The notes: a model not told the origin generated them from the letters alone. A stretch of DNA of 64,000 bases from Octopus vulgaris (GCA_951406725.2 OX597821.1:27032001-27096000), one strand, 5' to 3'. Positions 13,414 through 29,353 are shown, counted from the stretch's first letter. A program made the numbers and translations.

Positions 13414-14230
13414 AGGAAGAAGGTAAGTGGGGAGATTCGTAGATTGTCATTTTTCTTTAATACTTTCATCCATCAGTGAAAGAGAAGGAAATGTATTTAT
13501 GAAGCTATAAACGTAAACCTCTACTGATTTCGCCTTTAATGTTAACTTCAATTAAAGCGTTGTTGGAACGGTTAGTTAAAACAGTGATTCTCATATATGT
13601 ACAGAGATAAACTATACTTTCAACCAGTCTTCCAGAAAATCAAAATTTATATTTTAGTAAACAATTATGATTGTAAAACAGATTGCATTATAAGAGAAAC
13701 AGGAAATAGTAATACTTACTAGAAATATTGTTTCTCATTAATCAATTTATTACCAGGGATCCTGCGGAGGATTTGGCTCACGTAAGTCACCTTAACCATC
13801 TCTAACATGCTGTATTGATAGAAAATTAAAATTAACACGCAACTATTAGCTTTATCACAGCAGTAAGGTATTACCCCAACGTTGAATCTATCTTAGTGCT
13901 TTGCCTAACAACTTTATTTAGTCGCTGCGTCACGTTACATCCCTTCAAGTCTTCTGGTTACGTATCTCTTTTTCCTTGCAATAAATGACCTTCTCCAATG
14001 ACGCTGCCTACAATACAAGTTGATACGAAACATTAAGCTCCGCAACAAGAGTAAACCTATTTTGTGTTCGTATGCGATCTTTTCAATTGCAGTTTAACAG
14101 TTGTACCTCAACAAATATATTTCTCTGTTTCAACAATATGTTTCCCTTGGTCTTTTAATGATTTCGAGAAACTAGACACGAACGATAGTTCAGTTCTTTC
14201 CCTATAAAAAAGGCCAAATTAAATTAATTA

Positions 14231-14276
<46 letters not shown>

Positions 14277-14279
<3 letters not shown>

Positions 14280-14521
14280 TAAAAACGGTAAGATAACAAA
14301 AGAAAGAAAGAGACCTCAATAATATGTAGATAGAGGAAATGTATCTGTAAAATAATATGTGACAATTATTCAATAGCCAAGATAAAATTCTGAGTTTCGG
14401 ATGCCGAGGTGGAAATCCACAACACCATCTCTTCGGTTATCTGGCCAGATAACCGAAGGCATCCGAAACTCAGAGTTATATCTTGGCTATTGAATAATTG
14501 TCACATATTATTTTACAGATA
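14277..14521. mobile_element. Palindromic PLE-pLTR-like unit within (TA)n, with HHR-like motif on each strand
   Basis: Arms 14342-14405 and 14458-14521 are inverted; central perfect palindrome CTTCGGTTATCTGG|CCAGATAACCGAAG at 14431-14458. Confidence 0.75.
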
Positions 14522-14979
14522 TATATATATATATATATATATAGTGAAATGATATTTGATAACCAGCTGATCTAGCAAGCGGGGCCTCATATCAGTGCGC
14601 ATTGATGCCGTCGAGAGGTAGGCCCCGAAACGGCGCGCATTCTCTCCTGATGACCCCATACACTTGCTGGTTTCCGGTATGCGGAGTTTTTGACTGGTAG
14701 CACTTGCATGTGCAAGTTGTTTGCAAGACATCTTACATATAAGAGAGCATATATATATATGTATGTAAACCTATTTTAACCTGTAAAAACTGCAAACATA
14801 TTGGTATATATATTAGGTTATCTCTGAAGATAATGCGGCTCATCCATAGATAGTATTGAAACGAAGGTAGAAGTCATTTGTCTGTAACACACACAGGCAC
14901 GCACTGACAATGTCCCCCATATATGCATATCTAAATATGTACACATACACACACATATATACATAGTCATTTCAAATGA

Positions 14980-15165
14980 ACAGTAAAATTAACAATAAGA
15001 GAATAACAGACAAGAAGAGGACGAGCAGAAGGAATGTATTGGTTTGACCCTCAATTTAAAGAGATAGTTTTCGACGTTTTCAACATTGCCCTTCGTAGGA
15101 AAGGAGAGAAGGAAAAGTCTAAGGAAGGAAAATATATCCTCAACAACACGTGTGTAGTTGCATAT
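14980..15165 (-). mobile_element. Degenerate PLE pLTR-like repeat related to 11031
   Basis: GAATGTATTGGTTTGACCCTCAA...TTCGACGTTTTCAACATTGCCCTTCG has the same layout as 11085-11150, with a decayed HHR-like segment. Confidence 0.4.
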
Positions 15166-15180
15166 ACATATATATGTTTA

Positions 15181-15239
<59 letters not shown>

Positions 15240-15287
15240 ATGTATACATATATATAAATATACGTATCAATAAATAAATATATATAC

Positions 15288-15333
<46 letters not shown>

Positions 15334-18300
15334 GAAGTTCCTCTCTGTGAAAGCTGTCAATGAATACTCAGTTCTTCGCTAATGAGTAACAGTGTCCTCC
15401 AATATTGAATAATTGATAAAAAACAATTAGTCCTGCTACATAGGAGGAAACAAAGTTAAAAATAAAGAAGATATAATTATTGCAGCACAAGGAATTAAGG
15501 CTACGATTCATAATTTACAGAAATAATCGAATTGTCTTAAAGCCATTTCTTAAGAATGAAAATGGCGCATAATCATGTCTACAAAGTCAAACAACAGAAT
15601 TATATAAGGTTTGAAATTAATTCACACTTTCACTATTCTGAAGCCTATTTGGAGGTTGCTATTACTTACACGCGATATATATTACATTCTCCTGACCCGT
15701 ATTCTTTAAACATCAGTAAATATTTCTATAGAAGTTAAATTAAAATATGCTATGTTAAAAACAAAACGAAATCTATTATATATAATGATGTTATTTGAAG
15801 TTATTTATATTCTAACACTTTAACCTTCGTATAAACAAGCAAAATCGCTGATAACTGTTATATGAGATATGTATCCGAAGTAATACTTTAAAGCATAATG
15901 GAGAGGGTGATAGAGATCGTTTGTGGATGTTACAATACATATTCGTTGATGTGAGATGCGTTCGGTAAAACTGATGTGTATTGCTCTAAGTCAATCATTG
16001 TTCTCAGATTCAACAGACTATTATATGTGCACGTAAAAGGTAGGAGGTCAGGAAAACAATGTTGAAAAGAAGATTGGAGATTATTACAAAGGGAACATCG
16101 ATTGAAAACGAAATTATACATTAGTGAAGAAATTTAAAAGGCGTTTTCAGAATGCCGATATTAATAAAGATGAAAAAGAAGGGCCGAACGTATGCAACTC
16201 AATTTGCTTTGTAAAATTATTTCTTTCTTTCTGTATACTTATAGGATCACACCAGCTAATGGTTTTATTCCTTTTGATATTTCATGTATTACAACAGCAG
16301 TTTCAAGAAAATATCTTTAGAGTTAGTTAATGTTTACAACAAGAAGAATCTCTTGATTTATTACTATCTAAAACAGAAAATAAAAATAAGATGTAGTAAT
16401 ATTTAAGTTTAACTTCCTCGCTTTCCTTTGTACTTCTTATGAATATGATACACGAAAAAGAAATTATATTACACTTACGTGAAATACTAGGTAGGTAAAA
16501 TGTATCACGTTTCTGTCTGAATGGATTTTGTATTATTAATGCAATGATATTTATAGTAATAGTAATTCTCAGGGATTCATGAAAAATTGTATAGAGCTGC
16601 TTATCTACTACAGTTTGAGATCAAATCTTACCTACTTCTAAGACATCCTTAGTTGATTTCTCTAGAGCCAAACAAATACGTACGAGACATATTCCACCGT
16701 TGATTCAGTGGTTATCAACAGAAGTGTGATCGGATGTCAATGTGACAAATTAACATGAATCTTATGATAGAGCAGCGGCAGATACAGAATGATACTTTGT
16801 AAGAATATAGAGAAAAGAACTGAGGTGTATTGCAAAGCATTTTCTCGATTCACAACGTGCGAGGGGATTATTTGTGATTAACATAATGCTCTCGCTCGTT
16901 TGGAAAGAGAAAATGTTTTTGTGCATTTCAAGCAAGAAGTCTGATACACTGTGGTCATGTTCTGAACAAGATACATACACTGAATGAGAATGTTAATAAA
17001 TGTTTCTCCCCGCTATAAAATTGTGGAATCTGTTGAGATTGCTTGAAAACAATGGATTTTCGATATTATCGAAAACTCTAAAATATTTTAAAATCACACA
17101 CAACATGTTATTTAAACTAAGTGAGTCGTAGTTTCGTAGACATCAGCAGCATTGCAAATTAGTTGTTACGTGTTTGCTTTAATGAAGCTTTATAGGCGGC
17201 TACTCTTTACATCAAAGAACCATCACAACTTCAAGCACCTTCAGCTATTCGTCTAACTTGTATCTGAACCTACAGCATATCGAACCACCAAAATTACCCG
17301 TAGTGTTACTGCGCTTAGTAAATGGGATAAAAAGAGCCCCCATATCTCTCCCAAAACCCTTAAACTATGTCTGAAAAAGTAAACCTGATATCACGAATAG
17401 AATGCCTTGATAAATGAAACTCTTAGACTTGATAAATGAAAGCGAACCTAGGGTTAAAAAATAACAACTATCACTATGAGGTCGTAGACAATGATCACAT
17501 TTAACTCTAGGTTATTTTTAGTTTTCTCACCTACAAGTTATAAAACAGAATGTAGGTATTAATTAATGAAAATATTAAAATATATATTGCAAAGTAAATT
17601 TCGTATATTACCGAATTCCATGTATGAAATTAAAGTTATTTATATATGAAAAAATTAATTCATATAGCAAAAATTATGTTGTATGTCTGATTAATTAACA
17701 TTATCCATTAATCAAAAGCTGCTAGCTATTTCTGAAAATATCTACTCGTACTCATTATATTTAACCGCCACACAACTTAAAAGAATAAATATATATGGCG
17801 ATATATTTCTTTAATATTGTTGAAGTGAAATGATAAGTGCGAATAAAAATATAGTAGCGATCTGGAATTATCAAGCGATTATCCTATGATGTTCAGCAGT
17901 GCTCAACACCAAATCTAATATATCCGTCCTTACGTACTTAATAGTTAATCGATTACACAGTGGATACTTTTGCCACGTCGTGCTCACTATAATATATTCT
18001 TGTAATGCTACAGAGCAATTTTGATCTAAGTTCTAATATAACAATATACATCTAAAAGAACACTGTAACATATTTAAATAGTTACAATTCTCAAAAGTTC
18101 TATCAAAACTCAGATACTTTTTCATGTGTCAAAAATAACACAAATATATATAAATAAAAATACATTAACAATTTTATATTGTTTTTAAATTCGACAGGTT
18201 TTTGTTTTCATCATCTAGTGTTTTTTTTTAACTGTTAGAAGTCTTTTGAAACTCAAAATAAAACACTTGGCTGCGTTCAAATAATTTCTACATTATATAG

Positions 18301-21300
18301 CCTGAAGACAATAGTGAATACAGCTATCTTTTATCTCTTTGCATTAATAACTTTCTTCTCACAAATTTAATTTCTCCTTTCCAATTCTTCGGTAAGTTTA
18401 AATGATTAAATTATCGTAACATACTCCCTATCTTTCTCGAAACTTTGCAGCTATGGGAATAAGATCAATTTCTGTTTTCTCTTTTCTGTTTCACTTCACC
18501 TCTTCTCTTCCTCATCTCCAGCTTTGAACAAACCTGACAGGTCATTCTCACATCCAGAAAGATAAAGTAAATGTTTTCATTCTGCATTGATTGATATATG
18601 CACCTTAAGTATTCCTTCAATATATATCACGGCTCTATAATAAAGTTACAGCATTTAGCATAGGTATTTCAGAGCTCTTGAAAACAGTGATTAACCCGAC
18701 TATCTGTTCAGGGTTAGGTAGGAAGGGAGCAAATGGATCTAAAGTGCCAAGATTAATAATAGCACAGTAAACATATTACTACGGCATCTACTTGAAAAAC
18801 ATCTCTCTTCTCGTCCTTTTCAGACTCCCATCAATCATGTGTAATGTAGAATGCGACTATAATAAAAGCAGCAGCATAATGCATGGAGTTTTCTGTTGGC
18901 AGTATCTGCCACCACTGGATTACTTCTTTACTTTGCTTTAAATAAATAGCTGTACTCTGCAACAATACCAATTTATATATATGTGTTTCTCCCTTCCACT
19001 AATTTATGAACTGCCGCAGATTAGAATCAAAATGAAAATTAATCGCTTTCTTTTTCTTCGTAGCTGACCATTAACTGTTAAAGAAACCATCTTCCCTTTT
19101 GTTGTAGAGAAAGATAGGTGAAGGAATAAACAAAAAATTGAACACCCTAAACAGGATAAATATTAACATAATGGAGCTTTAGTGCTCAGAACAGTGGACT
19201 ATGATGTGTGAAAAATATTATTGTATATTACTTTAAATAGGGACCTTCAAGCAAAAACTATATCATGTATCAATGAAATTTTTATTTATGAAATTGAATC
19301 CCTCGGACGCTTTTATGAAATAGTGAATTCTCGTCTGTCTCTGTTAGAGTGACATACGAGATTTGATGCCTTGCAAACAATAAAACTGGTCAGTTGGTGA
19401 AAATTGCCTAAGTATTACAGAATTTAAGGTAAAAATCTAGAACTCAAAGAACTTAGTGATGACATGTGTCTATTATTCCATAGAAGAGTTTCGTAGGAAT
19501 TGTACAAAACAACAGGAAACAATCTCATATTTTAGACCGTTGCCCCAAGTCCGAAAACGAATAGCGAATGCTCCAGTATTTCAAACTTTATCGGCGTTGA
19601 ATTTTGACTCACTAAAATAGAAAGCATTAAATAATGTGAATGACGGTTCTAATTTATTGTCAACATTGGCTTAGAGACTATAGGGAACAGCTGATATTTA
19701 AGATACCATTAATGATGTGCCTGATATTAAATACCGAAGCGTCTCTCATGCAATACATGAAACGTCATACATTCTGCTTGGTTCTATTACATCGCAATAT
19801 AGTTTATACATTTAGGCTTTTTGACCATATACGTTTTTCTTGTGCTAGTAAACGTTGTATCCTAACTTATTTTGTATCGTTTACTCACTAGAAATAAAAC
19901 GATATTTTATAAATTTATTTAGAAAAATGAGCGTCCTATCTGAACAAATTTATTTTCTCTGGCACATAGAATGACGTTCTGCAACCTGCATCATTGTCGC
20001 CCGAGTACAAATTAACTGCAAGAATTAAGACTATGATTCCTGTAGAGCAAATGATATATTCAAGAATAGTAGAGAGAACAGCGTACTTTGGAAATTAATT
20101 ACTCTCAAATACTTCCCATATTCAATTTTGAATTCATTCACCTAACTTTTTTTGTTCTGTTTCCCGTGAAATTTATATTCTTGCATCCATTAAGAAATTA
20201 AACTGAACTATCCATATTTTCCACGGATCTTAAATTATTTTATTAAATATAGGATCGATAATAAAACACTATTTGTTTCCAGTAAAACTGAAACAGTAAT
20301 CCTTCATAATATAGTTATCCATAATATAATTCTTCACATTTTCTAAATATATTCAATATTATAGAAGTTTTACCGCGCGAAGCCTTGATCAACTCGAATT
20401 ACATGTCAGGTTGTACAGTTATTAACCTTTATCCTAATGAAATCATGCTTCTCTGTTTTTGTAGACTCTTTTAGAAAGATGTTTTCCGAACAATATAGTC
20501 AAGTCAAGAATAGCCCAGTGTCAGTTGCAGAACAAGACGCAGATTCCTGTATAAAATTACATACGCGTATATTGACTACAGAGTGATATATTTCACATGG
20601 AGGTGAAACATTCGACTGTAATTTCTAGAATAACTAGCTAAATTTGTTGAAGTCACAAACAATAATTGCTAGGTTTACACAATAGTTTCAAATTTGCAAT
20701 TTGAACAGCAAATGTTCCACGCCATCTATTTTGTATCCAATTTGATATGCTCGGAAGAGATCTAATTTTAAAATTCTTTACTTTCAGATTCAGAATACGG
20801 ATCTGCTGGTTTGGAGTACAATTATAATAATGCTGCAGATTTAATGATTATTGTGATTAGGGAATGGTTATAAATCTTAAACAAGGATTTATCACTCCAG
20901 TAATTTCAATATTGACAAATTGCACCTGTGTTTTATGGCTTAATCATATAAAGGAATCTTTCTCACGCGGAACCTCTCAGCAACTTAATGAGTTTAGCTT
21001 CGGATGTGTAGACACCACTGAAAGTTGGAATTTCCCCGAAAAAGAAAATATGCACCCAAAGATTAAAATAAAAGGTAGAAAAAGTCGACATGAAGTTTTA
21101 ATAACTCGTGTATATTTATTGAAAACTCTACAGCATTCACTAAATGCTAATCAAAAATACGTGCTTCAAATATATTTTTCGTTTTAAACAATGATGCTTT
21201 TAAATAGAGAGTATATATGAAATCATAGATCGCTAAACTCCATACAGAAACGCTACCTATTCATTTAAATGCATTTGTAGAAATTATATTCATATTTATA

Positions 21301-22838
21301 TAATCTAATGAGACACCAGGGTATTTGAAATCATTTATAAATTTTAAGTTTGAAAATAACTTAAAATATCTGGGAATATTGTAGTAAAAATTGAACAAGA
21401 TGCCAACAATCCGAATACTGATTTGTATGGCAATATATTATTGTTAAAGGAAACCATGCAATCTTAAGTTGATGGGACTTTTAGCGAAAACGGATGATGT
21501 ACTTTAACTACCACAACAGAAACCAATTCATTGTAAAGAAGAAAAAGCGGGCCCCGTCGAACATACGCAAGAACTGCTGAAAAATCACAAAACTTAACGA
21601 AACATGAACAAAAAGAACTTAGTTCCAGAAAAAGTGGATGTCAGGGAAGAGTAAGGAATCAATGGAATCGGAGTGCACTCAGCATGACATGACATCATTT
21701 TTTTATTTTGTGTAAATATATTTAAGATAATAAATACACACACGGCAAAAGATATGAATTCATCAAACTATTAATGACAGCAAGCATTGCTACTTTTGTT
21801 TCAAAACAGACGAACTAACATGTTCTCTAAAATAAGATGTAACGAGAATGAAATTTAGTTTGTTGCTAATATAGTTTTACTTTACAAATCAACGGCTATT
21901 CTTAAACATGTATTGCATTGTCTTTCAGTCAATAAAATAATAGCATTAAGAAAGACTTTAATCACTCTCGTTCTTTCCACACCCTGCTTTACAAACATTG
22001 AACAGAAAATCATTCTTCATTGATTTATCAGACGTTTATTTAGTATCATAGAGAGCAAAGTCATAGCTTGATCACAGACATCATTGTGTAAAGTAAGATC
22101 TTTGTTTTGAAAGCGTGTGGTTTAAATTTAATCAACCTTGAAACTTGGGTAGGGCATTCCTAAGAAAGCCTCTGCCTCATCAAATCTTTTGCGAATATAG
22201 TAGACCGAAACTTCAGATATAAAGATCCTCAGAGATTCCTTTTACGGCTTCGTGAGTGACAGAATTAATCCGTCATTCTCTATAGTACCAACACATCCCT
22301 TTAGAGGAATACACACCGTTGTAGAACTCCGTCTGAGATTCTCTTCTTTCCATGATCCATTGTTGGAAGCTCTCTAAAACCTTATACCTGCAGCTTTTTC
22401 TCGTTTGAATAAGCTGATGGTACCATTTTGTTGCCGCTAGGAAATATTTGAAAAATTCCACTTCAACAAATATACTATATCTCATTTGGAAGAGAATTCT
22501 CTATTTTAATATTGTCTAATATTTTAATTTCAAAAACACAACATAGACTGCTGTCAACATATAGAATTCTTGACGTGTTTTATGGAAAAAAAAATTACTT
22601 TTCAGCGAAAGACAATAGCTTTATTCTGTTGAGCGATTTTAATAAAGCAAATATATCCTAGCGATTACACTGCAGCGGAATAATGCGTGGCGTGTAAAAC
22701 GAGGGAGGTATTTTTAATGACAGTATTAAGAAAAGAACGCTAACACAAATGAAATTTCACCACTTGGTAACTTAAAAAAAGGATATAAATAATTATTGGG
22801 TATATGCACACAAGCACACATAGAAATACACACATAGA

Positions 22839-24045
22839 ATGCATGAAACAGTTTAATATAAACTAAGGTACCACCAGAATATGGAAAACAAGCGAATAAA
22901 AGTTCAAGCGAGTATAATCGCTTGATCTTAAAACATTCGCGTTATTGCTACAATCTGAATAATTTTCGACAGAAGATGAAAACCATTTATATATATACAC
23001 ACATGCACACACGCACACACACACTCACCTCACCCACACACAAACACAGACACACATACAGACATGCAAACATATATATGTAAATAATCTGACAAACATA
23101 TTTCAACTAACTTAAATTTTGATTATATTTAAACACTGTTTTGCGCCAATAATTCGTTATTTACCTTGATCGGGATAGAGGGGGGGGGTACCGGTGAAAA
23201 TCAGTCAACGTAATGACTAAATTATATATAAAGCTACAGCTTTATTAAGTTCATTGAGAGTTTCTTCTCTTAGGTACATCTAGTTGACAAATGACAAAAG
23301 ACTCCAAACACCGATGTCAGATTCCTCACAGATGGCGACACTGAACGAACTGTGTTTTCATACCTTTTACCATAAGAGACAGTTTTCTCCATGGTAGCTT
23401 CAGTGTATTTGCCTTGGAACAGTTCAAATATGTGACAAACATGTTTCAACTAACCTAAATTCTGCTCATACCTAAACATTACTTTTCGCCAATGTTTCGT
23501 TATATATATATATATATATGTCATGTGACCATCATGTGACCGACCAGGCCATTAGATGTTGCTACACGTCCGTCGTTGGTCACATTGTTTTAGCTTTCAA
23601 TGACGCCACCCCGCTGGCTTAAGCGAGCAGGCCAACAGAAGAAAGAGCGAGAGAAAGTGGTGGCGAAAGAATACACCAGGGATCCCCACCACACCCTGCC
23701 AGAGCCTCGTGTAGCTTTAAGGTGTTTTCGATCACAACGCCCGGTCTGGGAATCGAAACCGCGATCCTACAACTGCGAGTCCGCTGCCCTAACCACTGGG
23801 CCATTGCGTCTCCAATATATATATATATGTGTGTGTGTGCGTGTGTGCGTGTGTGAGTATGTGTGCGTGTGTGCATGCGTGTGTATATATATATGAATAG
23901 TTTTCATCTTCTGTCGAAAATAATTCAGATTGTTGCAATAACCCGAATGTCTTAAGATCAAGCGATTATACTCGCTTGAACTTTTGTCCTCTTGTTTTCC
24001 ATATTTCTGATGGTAGCTTAGTTTATATTAAACTGTTTCATGCAT
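22839..24045. repeat. Long inverted repeat (arms ~22839-23080 and ~23815-24045)
   Basis: ATGCATGAAACAGTTTAATATAAACTAAG...AAGTTCAAGCGAGTATAATCGCTTGATCTTAA...TTTTCGACAGAAGATGAAAAC is the reverse complement of 23895-24045 (~90% by eye). Confidence 0.9.
23521..23814 (-). mobile_element. tRNA-derived SINE, third family
   Basis: Minus strand TGGAGACGCAATGGCCCAGTGGTTAGGGCAGCGGACTCGCAG...GGTTTCGATTCCC (tRNA-like A/B boxes); 3' end has TCACATG repeats. Confidence 0.85.
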
Positions 24046-24785
24046 ACTGTTACCTCATTTCCGTCCCATTTTTGAATTCGATTCAGCAGATTAATTTTCC
24101 GAAGAAATCGATTTTGCTCCTATTCGAAATTCCAGTATTCAATTTCAAAATATTTAATGAAATATTAACAAATAATGTAAATGTAAATGTTAGTTTAGAG
24201 TCTCACCTATATAATTATGAAATGAAAGTAAAATAAAATAAAAATATAAATCCCATGCACAAACGATGTAAAATTGTGTCGGAGCACTTAAAACGAAATG
24301 GACTTAAACCTAAATAGTCCTAAAATGTAACACTGCAAAATGAGTACCATGCAAATTGAGTGACAGTTCGGAGGTTAAAGGCGCAAAAATTTGAGAAAGA
24401 ATAAGTATTTCAGAGGGGGTCACAATACGTAAGATACTTGAGAAGATGACAATGAGATTAATAGTGATTAAATATGATAGGGTGGGATGGGGATAATTAG
24501 GGTGTTATCTGAAATGAAGAACATCATTGTATTATTATATAAAAGCTGTTAATAAAGTAATGCATTAAGAAAATACATACTGTCATCCAGCTGTCTTATC
24601 AAAGGAAATCACACGAAATTAATTTGACAAATATTTAATGAAGTTATATCAGACTGGCGATTTTAATACGTATATATGTGTGAATAACTGTTGAATAATA
24701 CCTTGATACATACATACATACATACATACATACATACATACATGCATACATACATACATACATAAATACATATATATATATACAT

Positions 24786-25310
24786 TAGCCAAATATGTAT
24801 AACAACTGTGCTTATTAATATTAATATATACACTGATATATATTTTGTTTTATTTTGTTCTGTTTACCTTGCATTATTGTACCAATGAGTATTATATTAT
24901 ATAAGTGTAGCATTATGAAGTTTATGCATAAGTTTTTATATTTTACATTTTTATATTTTTATATTTATATGTATATGGATAAATAATTTTTTTCACAATT
25001 ATAACAAATTTAATTCTCTGAAGAGGCCGTGGGGCATCCTTGTTAATGCCTCATTTATACCTGCCTTTATGGCTTATAGGTTAAATGAGGTATGACTGCC
25101 CTCGCTGCCGAAACAGCTGTCAGATTTGATTTAATTACATATTATATTTGAAATTTTATACTTATATCTCTTTGTCTATTTACATTTACTGTATGTTTTG
25201 TATAATGCCTTTACTGATATGTAATGGTGTAATAAAGTATTGGTTGGGTATCATCTGATAGTTGGTGTTTTATTGATTTAAGTATGTTTCTCCATTTTCT
25301 AATTTTGTAG
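24786..25310 (+). mobile_element. Solo PLE pLTR-like insert between (TACA)n and (TA)n
   Basis: AT-rich unit bounded by microsatellites and containing an HHR with an intact core. Confidence 0.55.
25012..25127 (+). ncRNA. Type I hammerhead ribozyme with intact core and extended stem II
   Basis: tct-CTGAAGA-GGC...(~80-nt stem II including ATGCCTCATTTA/TAAATGAGGTAT)...GCC-GAAAC-agct-GTC^aga; palindromic stem III loop; predicted cleavage after C25121. Confidence 0.8.
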
Positions 25311-25316
25311 TATATA

Positions 25317-25377
<61 letters not shown>

Positions 25378-25381
<4 letters not shown>

Positions 25382-25895
25382 ATTAAGGGCTAAAGAGGGT
25401 TATTCTAAAGCCAATACACTGATTTATCCACTTATAATCCGCTTGCTACAGGAGAATTGAAACTGAAAACGGGCAACTAACCTTTAGAAAATTTAAATTT
25501 CGTTATCTCTATATTGAATCAATTTCGGAATTAATCTTATAAAAGATATATTCTTTCTTCAGTAGAGCTTTCGATGGGATATAAATAAAATACTCACGTA
25601 TGATCATGGAAAAAGCACAAGCTAAAAACATAACTACACTTGAGTACATCACTTATATCTAAAAATAAAGATTCTTTGGTCAGCTTCAGAAACAACGTCT
25701 TGACCTTTCGCCGCTACAAAATTGTAATGGTTACCGGTCCTCCCGTAGCAAGCAGCGAGTTTACTACTAACAATAAAGTGTATTGGCTTTAGAATAACCC
25801 TCTGTAGCCCTTAATTATTTGTTCATACTTCAACCGTAACGGTTTTTTTAAATATACTGCCCACGCTTCCTGATGGATTCCTTTTCTATTGTTAG
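25378..25895. mobile_element. Inverted-repeat unit inside (TA)n (arms 25378-25420 / 25777-25819)
   Basis: AATAATTAAGGGCTAAAGAGGGTTATTCTAAAGCCAATACACT and its reverse complement with 1 mismatch; inner GCTTGCTACAGGAG / CTCCCGTAGCAAGC; decayed HHR-like segment at 25516-25565 (-). Confidence 0.75.
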
Positions 25896-25913
25896 TATAT
25901 ATATATATATATA

Positions 25914-25950
<37 letters not shown>

Positions 25951-26399
25951 TGGGTTAAGCAACAGGTTGCTTAACCACAAACCGAAAACTTAGAAATAGC
26001 AGCCAAAGACCAATTATTCCTTTGGCTACAGATATTACTCCACCGATAACATTATTTATAACTCACATAAGCAAAAGAAGAAAGATAACGAAATCAAACA
26101 GTCTTCGATTAATTGTGGACGCGTTTCTTGGTTAGAAATATACAAATTCTATCCCGTCCTCAGTACAATAATTCGGTAATTTATAAATTTATAAATGCTA
26201 TTAACCTACTCTTTGCTCCCGATACAGCACCATCAACTCAGCACATCCAAATCCATATAGACGAATGAATTCGTATTTTCCCTCCAAGATTACCATGTGC
26301 GTCACAACATGGTACGTCAGAAAGAGAACTGTGGTTTGTTATAGGTGAGTGAAAATTTTCCTTACAAATATAAGTGTAAATAATTATTAAGTTTAAATT

Positions 26400-28620
<2,221 letters not shown>

Positions 28621-28916
28621 TGTGTGCGTGTGTACGTATAATCTATCTATCTATCAATCTATATACATCTATATATGTGTGTTTATGTGTGTATATTTAT
28701 GTATTCAATTTATATTTTTGATATGTCATTTCGTATTTCAATGTCCTACGAAAATTTATTTAATATTAATGTTTTGACAGATAGTGAAATGAAATTCCTT
28801 AATGCAATTAGAATATATGCTTGCACACACAAATGCCCTTCTTCTTCAGAGGTAGAGGTAAATGTATTCACATATATTAATCTGTATGTATGCAGATATA
28901 CGTATGCGTATGTAAA

Positions 28917-29142
28917 GGCGGCGAGCTGGCAGAATCGTTAGTACGCAGGGCGAAATGCGTAGAGGTATTTCGTCTGACGTCACGTTCTGGGTTCAAATTC
29001 CGCCGAGGTCAACTTTGCCTTTCCTCCTTTCGGGGTCGATAACTTAAGTACAACTTACGCACTGGGGTCGATGTGATCGAATTAATCCCTTTGTCTGTCC
29101 TTGTTTGTCCCTTCTATGTTTAGCCACTTGTGGGTAGTAAAG
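28917..29142 (+). mobile_element. tRNA-derived SINE with Meta/MESC-like central domain
   Basis: GGCGGCGAGCTGGCAGAATCGTTAG...GGTTCAAATTCCGCCGAGGTCAACTTTGCCTTTCCTCCTTTCGGGGTCGATAA; multiple copies in the window. Domain name assigned from memory. Confidence 0.85.
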
Positions 29143-29353
29143 ATGTATGTATGTATGTATGTATGTATGTATGTATGTATGTATGTATGTATGTATGTAT
29201 GTATGTATGTATGTATGTATGTATGTATGTATGTATGTATGTATGTATGTATGTATGTATGTATGTATGTATGTATGTATGTATGTATGTATGTATGTAT
29301 GTATGTATGTATGTATGTATGTATGTATGTATGTATGTATGTATGTATGTATG
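29143..29353. repeat. (ATGT)n microsatellite
   Basis: Seen directly. Confidence 0.97.

Noticed and set aside
16124-16190. KKFKRRFQNADINKDEKEGP, mariner HTH-like
   Set aside because: Too short and degenerate to call.
21340-21660. KYLG and WDF-like fragments (possible R4/Dong-type LINE relic)
   Set aside because: Motifs too fragmentary.
23260-23400. Strong acceptor-like TTTCTTCTCTTAG and a CAGATGGCG motif
   Set aside because: Stops in all three frames right after the acceptor; the short motif is not significant alone.
23740-23814. tRNA-like sequences (also 32625-32694)
   Set aside because: They are SINE heads continuing into SINE bodies, not tRNA genes.
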